Assembly (NCBI GenBank): GCA_036172245.1
Contig: JAYWIR010000002.1
Span: 2,294,001-2,358,000 of the forward strand
Direction of reading: 5' to 3'
From: Raillietiella orientalis
Taxonomy: Eukaryota
DNA length: 64,000 nucleotides
Position numbers and translations under genes: made by a program. A model generated the notes under the pieces. The model had not been told where the DNA came from. It searched no databases and saw nothing but the letters and a program-made list of their open reading frames with translations. Numbering within the stretch: the first letter of the stretch is position 1; every line of letters begins with the position of its first letter. Of this stretch, positions 48,370 to 61,800 are shown one piece after another.

Positions 48370-49390
48370 GATCCCTGGCAGTGCTTGGTTTCACACTCGT
48401 CAACGCCGGGGTATTTATTATAGAAATAATAAACATTCAGGTGTAGGGCCATCGGCCCGACATCGTCCGAAAATATTCGGAACCTCTTGAGTAACCGGCA
48501 CGCAGGCCGGCGAGGTTCGCCTGGGCAGCGGAAGGGAAGGAGGCAAACAGAATTAAAAATAAAACAAAAAAATATATACAAAAAAATTGGGAGGATTAGG
48601 GAAGGAATCACCGGGTGCTGGAGGGCGTCCTCTGCATCCTTTCCAGGATGCCGGCAAGTTCCTTCTGAGTATGCCCCAGGTGGAGCCATCTTGCCGCCTC
48701 CCGCAGGAAGCTCAGAGCGAAGCAGATGGCGTCTTTATCGCGACGTCTTCCTCTCGCGTAGCTCCAGACTCCCACAATCCTACGTAGGCAGCAAAGGACT
48801 GCTAGGAATGCTGCAGGCGGAAGGGCATCGGGTACATGGCGGTGTTTGGAGTATTTGGAGGAAGAACGCACACAAGTCCTTAAGCTGGTCGAGAAGAGGT
48901 GGTTCAGTGGTTCTCATTCTGACGCAAGGGCAGTCCTGAGGGCGACGTCACGAAAGACGGAGAAACAAAAAACTCCTGATGGGCAGTCTTGGCATACTTC
49001 CGGTTGCAAAAGTCAAGGGTCGTGCGTCCCCACGTGTGCGTAGGGAAGGGACGCAACCAGCGAGTGTCGGGACACCGTGGAGGCCTTTTCCTTCCGCATC
49101 CCGATGGGCGGAGACTGAGGTCCATCCAAGAGTCCGAAGTGCTCCTCGGCGACCCCGGGCTCGTTCGTCTGAGTTGACCGGTAGGATGCGGGATCGGGGC
49201 TATTCGAAAAGGGACTATGCGGAAGGTGGGGAGAGCCTCTTCGATGTCATCCGCAGTGTCAGGCCCGACCTAGTGAAGACACTGGTCGGGTCGTTGGTGG
49301 CAGGAGGGCTTGTGGATTCCAGGAGGAAACTGAGGTCTACCGGGGCCACATTTCGCCCTTTCCTTCTCCCTCCAAGCGCTACATTCCTGT
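48370..49390 (+). mobile_element. Degenerate LTR-retrotransposon-like element, copy C
   Basis: Collinear with inverted copy A (aataaaca..tgtaggg.catcggccc.aca...accggcacgcagg.cggcgaggttcg...gaagcagatggcgtct). The downstream frame ELTGRMRDRGYSKRDYAEGGESL is reminiscent of retrotransposon gag. Confidence 0.5.
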
Positions 49391-49837
49391 AGCGCTTGCA
49401 GGAATGACACAGGATAGAGGGAGCCGGTCGCAGAATCACCCGAAGAGCGGCCGGAGGCAAGAGAGGATTGGTCTCCCGTGTCCGCAGCAAAGTGGTCGGT
49501 CACCCTGAAGGAAGAAAGTTCGAAGCCATGGGAAAGAGGTCATCCCGCCGGAATGCTGGACGAATTGCCCTAGCCTTCGGGTCGGCGGAGACCAGAATCC
49601 TAGGGAGACCTTGAGGATAAGGTGGGGGGTAGGGTAAAAGGGGAGAGAGGGGGTGGAGGGAGATTCATTCGACCGGAAGCAGCCGTCAAGAGGGACGCTC
49701 CCGAGTCCGGTTACGTTTACTAGCTGGGGGCGGCCACGAGCAGGGAGGAGGAGAGGACGGAGGAGCCGATCCCTGGGGCACTGGTGAGGCGGACGCCCTT
49801 TTCCGTCAGGGGGCCCCGATCAAAGAGCCATCCGTTG

Positions 49838-50422
49838 GAAGAAAGGGGACAGAAAAGCGGGGAAAGGAGGGCATCCACCCCTCCCTGACGGCCTTCCCAA
49901 AAGGGCACTGGGCGAGGGGTTGCGGCCACGCCGTCTCCCCGTCTACCATGCCCGTCGGGAGGTTGCGGTAACCGCCATTCGAAGAGGTCACCTCCGACTT
50001 CTGCCCTCCTAGGGATCTCCTTGTCCCCTTCCCCCCCATACTCTCCCTCATCGCTCTCCTTTGAAAAGGGAAGGTTCCTACCTAAAGACTCCTCCCCCCC
50101 TTTTTTCCCCTTAGGGGCCTTTTCCGAGGGTCCCTTCTCTCCCCCCATAGCTCTGGAAGGAAATCTACCCCTTCGTTCCCCTTTCGGAGAAAAGGAAAAA
50201 GAAAAAGCGGGGAAAAGAGGGCGTCCTCCCTTCCCTGGAGGGCCTTCCCAAAGGGGCGACTGGTTCCGGTCACCCCATCTCCCCGTCTACCACGCCCGTC
50301 GGGAGGCTGCCGCGTCCGCCATTCGAAGAGCCATCTCCGGCTTCTGCCCTCCCAGGGATCCCTTTGTCCCCCTCCCCCCACTCTCCATCATTGAGCTCCT
50401 TTGAAAAGGGGAGGTTCCTGCC
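49838..50422 (+). repeat. Diverged tandem duplication of ~240 bp (49838-50082 and 50184-50422)
   Basis: Shared aaaagcggggaaa, ggccttcccaaa, tctccccgtctacca.gcccgtcgggagg, ccgccattcgaagag and ctcctttgaaaaggg.aggttcct in both units. Confidence 0.9.
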
Positions 50423-52116
50423 GGCACTTGGAAGGGCCGCTCCCGGTTCTGAGAGACGTCCCACTTCTCTTCAACCCCATCCTCGCTTCCGATCTTCCTG
50501 CGCCGCTGCCGCACAAAGGGCAGGAAGAGGCGTGGCGGCGACGTCTTCGAGGTTCCCAAAGGGTCGAAGGTCGGGAGGGGGGCGGGGTCTCTTACCGACG
50601 CCTTCTTCGGGAAGGATTAACAGCGACTCCGGGGGTGCGTCCTTCAGAGCGTAGTCCCAAGAAGAAGACGGGGTGGGAGATGGAGATGACAGGAGGGAAA
50701 GAAGAGAACTGTCCGGGGAATGGCGAGTTCCTGGGGCCTGAAGCGACCTCCTCGACAGCTCACGACAACCCTCTTGCGGAGGGACGGAAAGCTGGGGGGG
50801 AGGAGCGCCAGGATTAGCGAGAGCGCAGCTGCGGCCGCCTGGAAGGCGGTGGCAACGGGTGAAAGGAGGGAGAGGGGAGGGGAGGGGGAGGGGAAGCCAT
50901 CACTCCGGTGCCTCTCCCCCCGTCCTGGGCGGGGCGGGTGGGTGCTAGAAGACTGGAAGGATTTTTGCTTGGGGAGGTTTTCCCCCACGGACGCCTGGGA
51001 TCCGCCCGAGGGGGAGGACTGCGAGTGGTAGGGGTCTCTCGACCTCCTTCTCAAGAAGAGGAATTTTGGCTCCCCAGGGTCCTCCGGAAACGCAAACGCC
51101 GCCTCTTGGTTCGAGGGTGGTCCCCTTTCATCTCCCCAGGTTCGTCCTACCGTGGCCCCGGACCGAGGGTCTTGCCTCTTGGAACTGCCTCGCAGCTGCC
51201 CGGTCGATCGCCCCTGATCTACGAGGCCTGTTCTGCTGAGAGACCACACCCGGAGCGGCCACCTCCTTCAGGGAGTCTCCTGGGAGACTTGCTGCCTCCT
51301 GAGAACGCCTGCCATGGTGCTTTCTGGGCCCTCCCGCGCCGGGATCCCCCCTCCGCAGGACGAACCGGACTGGAAGGGCTACGAGTTGCCGGCGGGAAAG
51401 ACCAGCCTTCTCTCTAGTTGCGAATCAGGGAACTGGAGGAACCGGGAACAGGGAAAGGCTCCTCATCACGCAGCATCTCCCGAGAAGGAGGGGGAGAGAC
51501 GTCGGTAAAGGACGCGGCCTCCGCTCGACCCTCTGGCCGCGATTCTTCTGGTTGGGAGAAGGGGGAAGGAGTGCTCACTTCCAGTCGAGCGAGGGCACCC
51601 TCTGCGCCTGCGGCTGAAGTGGCTCTCCCGGAATAAAGTGTTCCTGCCTCTTTGGGTCCTTCTGTTGATCTCCCTCGCTGCTTTTCTCCTCCCATTTTTT
51701 TTCTTTTTTTCTCGGTTTTTCTGTTTTTTCGGTTCCTAGGAAGTGCTGAAGGACCGCCTGCCCTCTCAGGGGTGTCCCTCAGGGAGAGACGTCAAAGGGA
51801 GACTCGGAGATGTCGCCACACGGGGGGCTCTGTACAGGCTGCCCACGCCACCAGAAGGTCAGCGGATTCTTCTTCTCTTCCTCCTCACCATCAGCAAGGA
51901 AAGTTGAAGAAGGCAGTCCCGAAGGGCAGGGAACTGACCAAGGTCGTTCCGCCTTTTTTTTTCGGTTCCCAGGAAGTGCCGAAGAACCGTCCGCCGCCTC
52001 GGGGGTGGTGGCGGCAGAGGAGAGCCTCGGCGATGACGCCACATGGTGGCATCAAAACACCCTTTAAGCAGCGACACCCGAGGAACCCGTTGGGGGCAAT
52101 CCTGTAGCAACTACCC

Positions 52117-52315
52117 CAATGAATCCAGGATCCAGGTTCCGAGGGGAGGAAGTCTGTTTCTCTTACTCTGATACTGAACCTTCGCCCTGGATGTCTCCTA
52201 AGGGGATCCCCCGAAGGGAACACCCCTTCCTCACCCTCTCCAAGAGAACCCCGAAGGGAGCAGCGTGCTCCTGGAGAGGCACCCCACGAGGGGGTAGCAA
52301 CCAGCTCCATGGAGC
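52117..52315 (+). repeat. Dispersed copy related to 2713-3065, with fewer minisatellite units
   Basis: atgaatccagga...ggaagtc.gtt.ctct.ac...aagggagcagcg.gctcct...ccagctcca is shared with the 2.7-3.06 kb element. Confidence 0.7.
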
Positions 52316-54675
52316 GCGAAAGAGGGATCCATCCCCTGAAAGGGTAGGTGAGGCGGCTGCTCCATTTGCACAACTGGGGGGGAACCTGAAGGGAATCGGT
52401 ACTCCGTGGTTCAGGGAAGAGCTCTGGAGGATCAGTCTCCGATCCCAGGGTCCAGTCAACGGGGACAGCCAGTTTCCCGGAAGTGCCAATCCCGAAGCCC
52501 GTGGGCCAACCAGCGCCATCCTGATGGGAGGAAGGGGAATGGAAACCTCGGACGCAGCCTCGGCGTGAGTCCTTTACGAGAAGGTTCGAACCCGCAGCGC
52601 GCAGTGCCGCTGTCGGCAGCGGCAGCTGCACAGCCTCTAGAGGTTCCCTTCGAAGGGAGGCCGATGGAGGGGACGCAGAGCGACGACGAGGGAGAGGCGG
52701 CAGCCGACGGCGTGGCGAGGGTCGAAGCGGATCCGAGAGCGTTTCCTCAGCCTTCAAGAGTGGGCAGCAGGGCACAGAACCTTTGCGGGGGAATAGAGAG
52801 CTTTCCTCCCGTTGGAGGCCACGCGAGAGCTGCGGTCTAACAGTCCGGCGCCCACCCCACTCGCTTCCAGGACGAGATCCTCTCAGGGAGGCAGGACGAG
52901 GTGCCGTTCCCGGCCTCGAGAGTCCGTGAAACGAAATCCTCGCTTTCCTTGGGTACTGACCGGGGAGCCATTTGGAGGTCGCCACTAGCGGGTCGCCTTC
53001 CCACTAGTGGCGGAGCACGCGCTTCGAGGCATATAGGACTGTCTGGGTCCCCCAGAAGATGACGGAGGTCCACCTCCTCCTGGAACCGAAGGCTGTTCTC
53101 TGGAGCGGAGTGGGAGACCGTGAAAGCGGGAAGATGGGGGAGGGAGGGGGCAGCTTCATCTTAGATCTTGGAAGGGAAGCCTCAGGTTGAAGTTCCTCTG
53201 GAAGTTCCCGTGCTGACCCGAAGGTCCAAGAGGCGTCCGGTCGCGGTCCTGGAGTCCTCTTGGAGATCCGTCTCCCAGAAGGAGAGGGATCGGATCGAGA
53301 GACAGTCCGCGGACGCTCTCGGGGAGCGGGGAACTCGAACCAGGGGCGGACAGCAGGAGTGGGAAGGGAGGAAGCAAAAAGGAGCGCCAAGATCGTAGCC
53401 GGATTTGACTTCACATTTTTCCCTTTCCCATCCGTGCACGAAGGGAGTCCTGTGGACTCTGTGCGCTGGGAGGAGACCTCTCCCTCTATTCTCTCCATCT
53501 ACTGTCACCTCCAAGCTGGGAGCCCCCGCACACCCCACCGCGGAAGATGCCCCTGTCTGAGCGAGAGGACCGTCTCCCTAGACGGCAGGACGCCTTTTTG
53601 CGGCACGCATGCGAGGAAGAGCGTCGACTATGGAGTCGCCTCCGCAGCTGTCCATCTTCAGAGATACGTTTTCGTCTGGAACGAGGTCTGTTCCATTGTA
53701 GGAGAGGAGACTGATTGGGCGGGATCCGTGGAACTCGCTGCCACCTGGATGGAACGGGAGCTCCCGAAAGGATCTCTCCGCAGAACGCTCCAGAAGATGA
53801 GGGCGGCCAAGGAGGACGAGGAGGGGAGGGGGAGGAAGGAGGAAGGAGCCGGCATGTGTGCTCATCCGACGTCCTCGTCGCGTGCGTCCTAAGGCAAACG
53901 CCCCTGCGTTCTTCGGGGAAGAAACTCCTCGTTCCCATCGCGCCATCCGGGGAAGAGCTCGGGGTCGTGCTGGGCAGGCGGGAGGGGAGGAGGGTCGGGA
54001 TGGGATCCGCATACCTTGGTGGAGGAGGACGACACAGGCCGGGCCGGACCGAACCCTTCCTTTCGCGCCGCCCGCGTGAGGACTGAGAAGCGGCAGCAGC
54101 TCTCCTGAAGTCAAAGAAGAGAAGCTAAAAGGAGAGCAGGAGAGAAGGAAAGCTCGCCCTAGGGCAGGGCGGCTCGCTAGCCTAAATGAGCCTTTCTCTC
54201 CCTTCCTTCTCCTCCTCTGATTACGACGGCGACGATCTGGCGGCGGCAGGACGACGGAGGCGACGACGACGGCGACGAGCAAAAGAAGTAGGGGAGGGGG
54301 GTGGAGAAAGGGGAGGAGAGGGGAGACCTCGTTCCGGATGCGTCGGCGGCTTGACAACGGAGCGCGCGCGCTCGCCCGCCGGGGGCGTTCCACATTTCGG
54401 AAGTAGCTGAGGCGAATTGCATCTCTGCCCGGCAAGGGGACGCGGAGAGGGGGGCCGCCGCCGGTCCAAGTAGGTTACGAGGGTCGAAGATCTTCGCACG
54501 CGCACGTGCGCAGAAGGAGCAAAACTCTTTTTTTTTTAGTCCTTTTCTTTTTTTTTTTCCTTTGTCATTTCGGCTTTCGTCCTTTCCCCCCGTCCTCCCG
54601 CTCCTCCTCCGCAGTGACATTCGGGGGAGGAGGGCGTGGAGGGGCCCGTGGACGACCGCGAGTTTGCCGCGGTGC

Positions 54676-57600
54676 TCAGAATCGGAACGGCTGGTTGGCC
54701 CCGCCTCCTTCTTTGGGGCCCTCCTGCTCCTCCTCGTCGTCCTGTTCTGCCTGCTCATCCGGGGGCAGCGGCGAGGTCGTGGGGACCTCGCAGTCCTCCG
54801 TGGGAGGCAAGACGCACCTTCGGATGTTCCTGTCGAACACCAGGACCGCCGGGCACCTCATGAGCCGCGGGTATCCTCCCTGGCACTGCCAGTACCTCGT
54901 GCAGGACTTCCCCAGAGGGACGTTGGCGTTGGGGTCATCCTTGCAGAGAGCTACGGAGCGAGGAAGGTGAGGGCTCCCGGGAGGGGGGATGAGATGGGGT
55001 GGGGACGGAGGGACGCACTCACGGTGTTTCTGGCACCCCTCGACGTTCTGTGGCCAGTCACAGCCGTGGGTGTCCTCGTTGTACAGCAGCCCTCCCACGC
55101 AGAATTGCTCGGTCGCCGTGCCGTTCCAGCAGGCCCAGTACCGCGTGCAGGACGTCTCATGGCCGAAGATGCCGTATAGGCGGTCACAGTGTTCCGTGGA
55201 GATGGCGGCGTCTGTGGGCACCGCCCTTCCCCCTCCTCGACGGTAGCCCCTCCCGGGACTCCCGGCCGCCCGCCCGGACGGGCGGCCGGGAGAGAGGAAG
55301 GGCTGCCGGCGCGGGGGGAGGTCGGGACATGAGCCTCTTGACGTGCTCGCGGGCCACCGCCTTCCCTCCCCTCTCCTCCCTCCCTGCCTGCTGCCGCTTC
55401 CCCAAGGACTCACTCCTCAGGGGCCTCTCCGTGCAGTCGATCTTGAAGTCGTAGTCGCAGGGGGGCACCAGTCCTCTCCCGGGACCCACGTAGGCGAGTC
55501 CGTCCGGGCAGTTCCTCTCCTCCGGGATGTCATCCTGGCAGCTGTAGTACTTATCACAGTGACTCTCGTGCTGGGTGACCCTCGACTTCGCCTTGCAGGG
55601 GTCGGGCCGGCTCTGACAGTCGGCTGAAATGGAGAGGCGCGTCAGGAAACGAGGTGGGGAGGGAGAGGAGAGAGTGAGGAACTCCTAGGCGAGCCACTGG
55701 AGAAGAGAACCGAAGAGGAGGAGGAAAAAGATGGGGAGGATGGCCTGGACACTGGGAGCATCTCAGCAGGGAGGAGCCGGAAGGAGGTGCGGCGCTGGCG
55801 CCGGGGAAGGAAAGATTCTTCCCGAGAGAGAGGAGAGAGTGGCTGCTGCACCCCCTTCCCCCTCCCCTCTCCTTTCCTGGGTGGACGGACGTATCTGTCC
55901 GGTCACCACGATCGGCAGGATGAATTCGGGACAGCTTCTCCCCGCTCCTTCTTCCTTCCTCACGCCTCCTCCCGTTTCCCGGAAACGCGTCCCTCCTTGG
56001 CAGGAGCTGCTGCAGAGTTCCCGACGCCCAAGACGCTCCGGCGACTCCAGACAGCATCCTCGGTCAAAAAGGGTGAGGAGGCCCCTTTCCGCCCCTTTTG
56101 GCCCAGGAGGCAGGCAGCAGGGGAGTGGAGCCTCCAGACAGGAAGCTCAGAGCACGGTGCCTGGGGTGCCACCCTGAGGGCATCGGCTCACCCGGCCCCT
56201 CCCTACGGATAGCTCCGGAACTTCGAGAAACATGGCTCGGGAGGGGGCGTCCCGACCTATTTGCGACCAGCTCCCTCTCACCCAAGGGTCATCCCAGCTT
56301 CGAAGTACCAGAATAGGGTAATGGATTTGGGACGGAAGATGGGGCGGGGAAGGGGTACATCAGCTTCCATGTCCGCAAGGAGGGAAGTAGGGATGCCAAG
56401 AGCGCGCCATGTTCTCTTCCCTCACGCAGAGGTGGCTCTGGGGACGCTCGACCACGGGAGCGGAGCCTCCTCGTCTATCTGCAAGTCGTGAGAGGGGGAA
56501 GGGATATCCTGTCAGCCTGTATGTGGTTCCATGCCAGATCTACAGGAGCAAAGAGGGAGGAGTCTCGTGACGATGGCAGAGCTTTCACCTCTCCAGAAGC
56601 AAGAGGGAGTTGCCCACCTACATACTAAGGGCGCATGCCCATTCCTGGGATGTATGGTGACGAAGGGAAGAGAAAACCTCTGCAAGGCAAAATTGGAAGA
56701 AGGTGGGGGGGGGGGGGAGGCTACTTCGTGACCCCTTTCGAACAACGCACGGGTTGTCTCGGGCGTGCAATACCCTCGCAGTCGCTGGCTCCTTTTCCCC
56801 CAGGCTGTCCGAATGCAGGGAAGCTCCGGTGGCAGGATGCGGGAAGGACGATCTTCCTTGGCAAATGCAAGAAGAGTGGTGAGGGGAGAGGCGGGGGAGG
56901 ACTGAACGAAACGCATCCACTTCCTTCTTCCCTATCAGCAGAGGGCCAGCAGCGGTCGAGGTGCGGATCGATCTCTTGGGCCGGAAGCGGACTGTGCGCA
57001 GATGCGTAGGGGAGGAAGAAGCAAAGAGAAAGAAGGGGAAGGGAGGAAGGGAAGACAAACGAGGGAGAGGAAAGGAAGAGGGTGGTGACGGAGGAGGAGG
57101 AGATGGAAAGAGGAGGAGGAGACAAAGGAAGAGGGTGAAGGGGTGGAAGATAGACAAAGAAAGAGGCGGAAGACGGGGGGGGGGGGGAGGAGAAGAGGAG
57201 AGTAGGAGAAGGAGAAGGAAGCAAAATTCGCTCCAGAAACAGAAAGGATGATAATTCGGTACGATCCTCCTGGAGTGGTGGAGGAAGGGGTTCTTCATTC
57301 TTGCAAAGGGAAGGAAGTGCAGTCCCGCAGACGAATCCCCCCGAAAGCATACTGGGAGAGGGAGTCTTGACCTTTTCTCCCCACTCGGGCGACCCCCATC
57401 CGCGTCGGGCCTCCTCGACCCCACCGCGCAACGTGGTCTCTTGCCGGCCGCTCGGCAATCGATCGCCGTCGAGCTGCCGGTCGGCGGCAGAAGTCCTTGA
57501 GCCGCTGACCCAGTGCGAGAGAACACTGAACGAGGGCAGTGGGCGAACCGAAGACGCACGAGGAGGAGGAGGAGGGAGGAAGGGCAAGCTGACGGCCGAG

Positions 57601-58898
57601 GGTGCCACTAGTTCTCCCCGTTCGTCTCCCCCTGTGGCGGCGCGGAGAGGAGAACGGGAGCAACAGCGCGGCGGACGTCTCATCCTCCCATCCCGCCTCC
57701 AACTGCTCCGCTCCCCAGCAACCGTGGATCTCGAGCGGAGAGCCGGCGTCCCTCACGCCTTCCTCTTTGGCGTTTCCCTGTCCCGAGACCTCCTCCCCTT
57801 CCCCCCCCCCCGAGTCGTCTCGCGGGGTTGCGCGCGTCAACCATGCCAAGGGAATGAGACCACGGCCACCTGCATGTTGACGACGGGCGCCTCCTTCGAC
57901 CCGTGTGCAGGAGCAAGCGCTCGAACATTCGACGGGATTCCTACCCTGCCGGAAGACGGGCGGGCACACGGAGCTTCCGGGGGACGAAGCGTCGCCGTTT
58001 CCAGAGGGGGGGCGCGGAAAGGAAAAAAGAGTCGAGGTCGGGCGCCAATCTTGCGAGGGGGGAATGCTCTTCCCGGGGAGTGCCTCGCTCTCCCGAATGC
58101 CCCATGCTCCCATCCGGAACGGACACTGGGTAAGCCGAGGCTTCCGACGGGAGGTGCCGCCAACTCGCGCGCCCTCTCTCGCCAGCCGCGCACGCGCGCT
58201 CTCCGTCACTTTCACGTCTTTCATTGCCCCAGCATCCAGTTCCGTCTCCAGGCGCCGCATGCAGGGCGCGGACGGCGGCTGCCGAATCTGCACCGCGAGC
58301 GCTGAACCACTTTCTTTGCAGGTCCTCGAGGAGCGAAGGGGGGGAGGAAGACTTTCTTTCTTCCTTTCAAAGGGGGGACTCTCCGATGTTTCTGCCTTTC
58401 GCCAAACGGAACCCGGGAGACCGAAGCAGCCGGATGTGATGGCCGACGTTACTGGCGGCCCACACCTGCGCGCGCGCTCCTGCCTGCCATCCTGCCCTCG
58501 CCTCCGCGCGCACGCGCGCTGGCCCGCGGACGAAGCCGAGGGCCCGCCAGGTGCAGCAGCGTCGGCTAAACGGAAAGGGAAAGCGCGTGGTTGCTGCGTG
58601 TCCTCGTCTTGCGCCCGGAGGCGGCGCGGGCGGGAATCACCGGACGCAGAAGGGGCATTCCCTGCGATCCCTGCGAAACTCGTCGCCACTCGCGGGGGGG
58701 AAACGGGCGCGCGGTTGCCCGGGAGAGGGGACCATCTCTCCACTTCCCACACCCACTCCTCCTGCTCCCCGATCGCGGGTCCGCGTTTCCCATCGGGCCA
58801 GGGCACTCCGGTCGGCGGGACGCCTTGCCTCCATGTTGCGGGCGCCACTTACCGGCTCGCAGAAACAGCACGAGGAGGGCGGAGCACCACGTTTTCAT
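54676..58898 (-). CDS. CPAP3-D2: Obstructor-family cuticular protein with three chitin-binding peritrophin-A (CBM14) domains; exons 58898-58853, 55623-55414, 55211-55023, 54950-54676
   Basis: Signal exon MKTWCSALLVLFLRA with a G|GTAAGT donor, then DPCKAKSRV...CDKYYSC...CPDGLAYVG...CDY; ISTEHCDRLYGIFGHETSCTRYWACWNGTATEQFCVGGLLYNEDTHGCDWPQNVEGCQKHP; LCKDDPNANVPLGKSCTRYWQCQGGYPRLMRCPAVLVFDR, as I recall for the D2 subgroup. All introns are phase 1 GT-AG (3229, 202 and 72 nt). The first-exon assignment is less certain than the rest. Confidence 0.92.
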
Positions 58899-61800
58899 CC
58901 TGCGGACTCCCAGAAGGCGACTGCCGGTTGCTCTCGGGTGGAGTCTGTCCGACGACTACCCGGCCTGCGAGCGGAGACGCCCAATGGACAGCCCGAAGTA
59001 GGTCTGCGGCTCCTTTCCAGTTCTTTCGTTTCGGACGGGCGGGCGGGCGCTCCACAAGGCGCCGGGGAAAAGAGAAAAAAAAAAGGAAAAAAAAAAAGAG
59101 AGAGAGAGAAAAAAGAGGCGCGCGTGCCTGCGTGTGCGCGCTCCGGAGCGGCGATCGAGGGCAGAGTCGCGGACCATGGACACGCCCGTTCGGCCATCTC
59201 TCGCTCCACTCCCCAGCCGTCTGTCCGCCTGCCACTCCGCGCGCCCCCCTCGCCACAGAGCTCCACCTCGGAAGCACCCTCCAAGAGCCGAACACCATCC
59301 AAGCGAGAGCGCGGCAGAGGGGGGGGGGGGATACAGGGGCGCGAAGATCTTCCTGTGGACATTCCGACCAGATCTCCCTCCTTCCCCTGTTCAACCCTTC
59401 CCCACCCACCCACTCCTCCTCCCTCCGCTCCCGAGGGAAGGGCGTCGGGATGCCTGCCACGCGATGGCTCGGACAAGAGGAGGCGGCTGCTCCCGGCTCG
59501 AAGGGGAACAAGGGAAAACCGGAGGAGGGGAGGAGAAGCGCCGCCGCTTCCCGGAAACTCTCCCGGACGCGCGAGTGTCGGGGTTCGACTCCCCATCAGT
59601 CTCCGACAGAGGGAGGCATGTCGGAATACCCGCGGCCCTCCGCTCAGCGAAGGGCGGCGGTGGAGGGGGTGGGGACTCCCGTCGGCTCTCTGCAGACCTG
59701 GATTCTCCCCAAAGCAGGCACGCCCTCGGACAAAGAGGACCCTGACCAAACATTCCGCTGCTTGCTGACGCGAAGAAGCCCGGTCGAGGGGCCACGACAG
59801 GAAGAAAGAGAAACATGGAAGGAGCGGAAAGGGGGTGACTTGGGGAGGGAGAGGTGTGCAAGAGAGCAGGGGGGGGAAGCCAACGCCTCCGGCGACCTGA
59901 CGCGAGTGCCCGGCTTCTTCTCCCCTCCCCCACCCCCCTCCCTCCTCGAGCATGTGCGCCGCTTGCTGGGGCTGCTGCTCCCTCGCGGACCAACTCGCAG
60001 AGTCCCCCTCGGGGAGCGCGCGCGCCCCAGAGATTCCGCCACTCCCCTTCGAAGACATGGAGTCGGTCGACCTTCGAGTTCCAGTGTGGTGGCGACGACC
60101 TCTCGATGGGGAAGAAGGGGGGGGGGGGTAAAGGGGCGTGGGAAAATCGCAGCTCCGGGTGTGCATGTGCGTGCGCGGAAAGGGCGTTGCCTCCTCTCCC
60201 CTCGGACCTGACTCGATGGCAAAAACCCCTCCCTTCCTCCAGGACCGGGAACGTGAGCAGCAGCCGACCGAGAGAGGGAGAGAGAGTGAAAGGTCCCTCG
60301 CACCGGCAGTCTCCTGGCAATGAAGGGGGGGGGGGGACGCCCAAGACGGCCTCCTCCTCCGCACGGAAAGTGGGGAGGGGCAGGGTCACGCGTGGTCATC
60401 CATTCGCGATCCGGTCACAGGAAGGTGCCCGCCGGCCTCTGCGAGCGTGCGCCACGCCGTCCTGCGCGCACGCGTGCGGCGGCGACGGCCGGTCGCTTCC
60501 GCTCGCTCCTCCCTCAGCGCCCGCGTGCGCCCGCGTGGCGGGAGTCTCACCCGCTGCTCTTCCTCCGTCGTTTCCCTCCAGCGTTTTCCCCTTCGCGACC
60601 GACCGCTTTCTGCTGCGAAGGAGGGGGGAGGGGTGTATGCCCCTCTTTCCGGGCAACGGGGGATGGTGGCTGCCGCCACAGGGAGTCCGCCTCCTCCTGT
60701 TCCTCCTCCGAGGGAACACTCCCTGGCGCTAGAGGTGGCGATCGATGGCGCCGGAGTTTGGCGCCAGCGATCCCTCCGGTACCTGCGCCTAACCGGAATC
60801 ACCGCCTCTCCCTTCCTTGTCTGACAGGGAGCGAGGAGAAACCATCCAGGACGGATCGCCCGATCCTCCCCCTCCGATCCTTCCTTCTCTCCGTTGAGAG
60901 GGCGAGTCCGGCAGGCCCCCAGGAGGGAGGAGGGGGGGATACCGATGACGCTCTGCTTCGCGAAGAGCAGGAGGACTTCCGCTTCCGGTTTTCCAGGGGC
61001 GTCCGGAGAGGTTCCGGTGCGCCCCGCTGTCCAGACCGGGCAGAGCTCCGGGTTCACCGAAAGTTTCCCTCCTCGTCTCCTTGTCCCTATCCCTTCCGTT
61101 CTAGCCTTCTGTTCCCTTTCCCGGAACGGGCCGTCCCCCGGCTCCCGCCGCGTGTGGCGCTGCGCATCTCATCCGGAGCCCTAGCCCCTTCTCGGAGCAG
61201 GCAGCGAGAGGGTCCCACGTGAACTGACAGAATGCGCAGGATTTTCCCAGCTTCTCTGGACCTGGACGCTCTCCCGCCCGCATCTCCGACCGAGAGGAGA
61301 AGGGGGAGAGGGGGGTAGAGGCTTTTGCAAGAGCGACCTCGCCCCTCCGAGTTCCGGTAATTCTTTCGGTGCCGGGAGGATCTTCCCGGACGCCTTGGAC
61401 TCCGATCCTCCCCCCCCCCACCATCCTTCGAAGTCTGGGGGACTCGGGTGGCAGCGAAGAGTGAAAGTCTTGGAGTGCCCCGCGGCAAACTCCGCCTGCC
61501 CTCTTCGAGGTTCCAAGAGAACTTCCTCCCCTTCGTGTCGTCCCTTTCCGTCTGCAGCCTCCCTCTCCTCACCCCCCTCTCTTCGTCAGTTTCCTCTCCC
61601 TTTCCTTTTCAGGACATCCTGGAGCTTCCAGGACCACCCCGGCTCATCAGAGCTTGCGCGCGGTCGCACCAGGGAAGCGGTTTCTTGTGACAAGGGGGCG
61701 CACGAACCCGACCGTTCCTCTGGAGGATGCTGCTGCGGCCGCAGTCCATTCCTCCTCCCTGTCGAGGATCTATCCCGGGAACGCCAGGGTCCGGGCATCT

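Noticed and set aside
59530..59610. tRNA-like T-loop GGGGTTCGACTCCCC
   Set aside because: No matching acceptor stem, D-arm or anticodon arm upstream. Other GTTCGA hits (52583, 62596) also lack stems.
57295..60732. Very long ORFs (768, 517, 489 and 405 aa) on both strands
   Set aside because: Arg/Gly/Pro/Ser-dominated, overlapping in several frames, with no domain. They cover the CPAP3-D2 first intron, first exon and upstream region, and are expected from stop-codon scarcity at this GC content.
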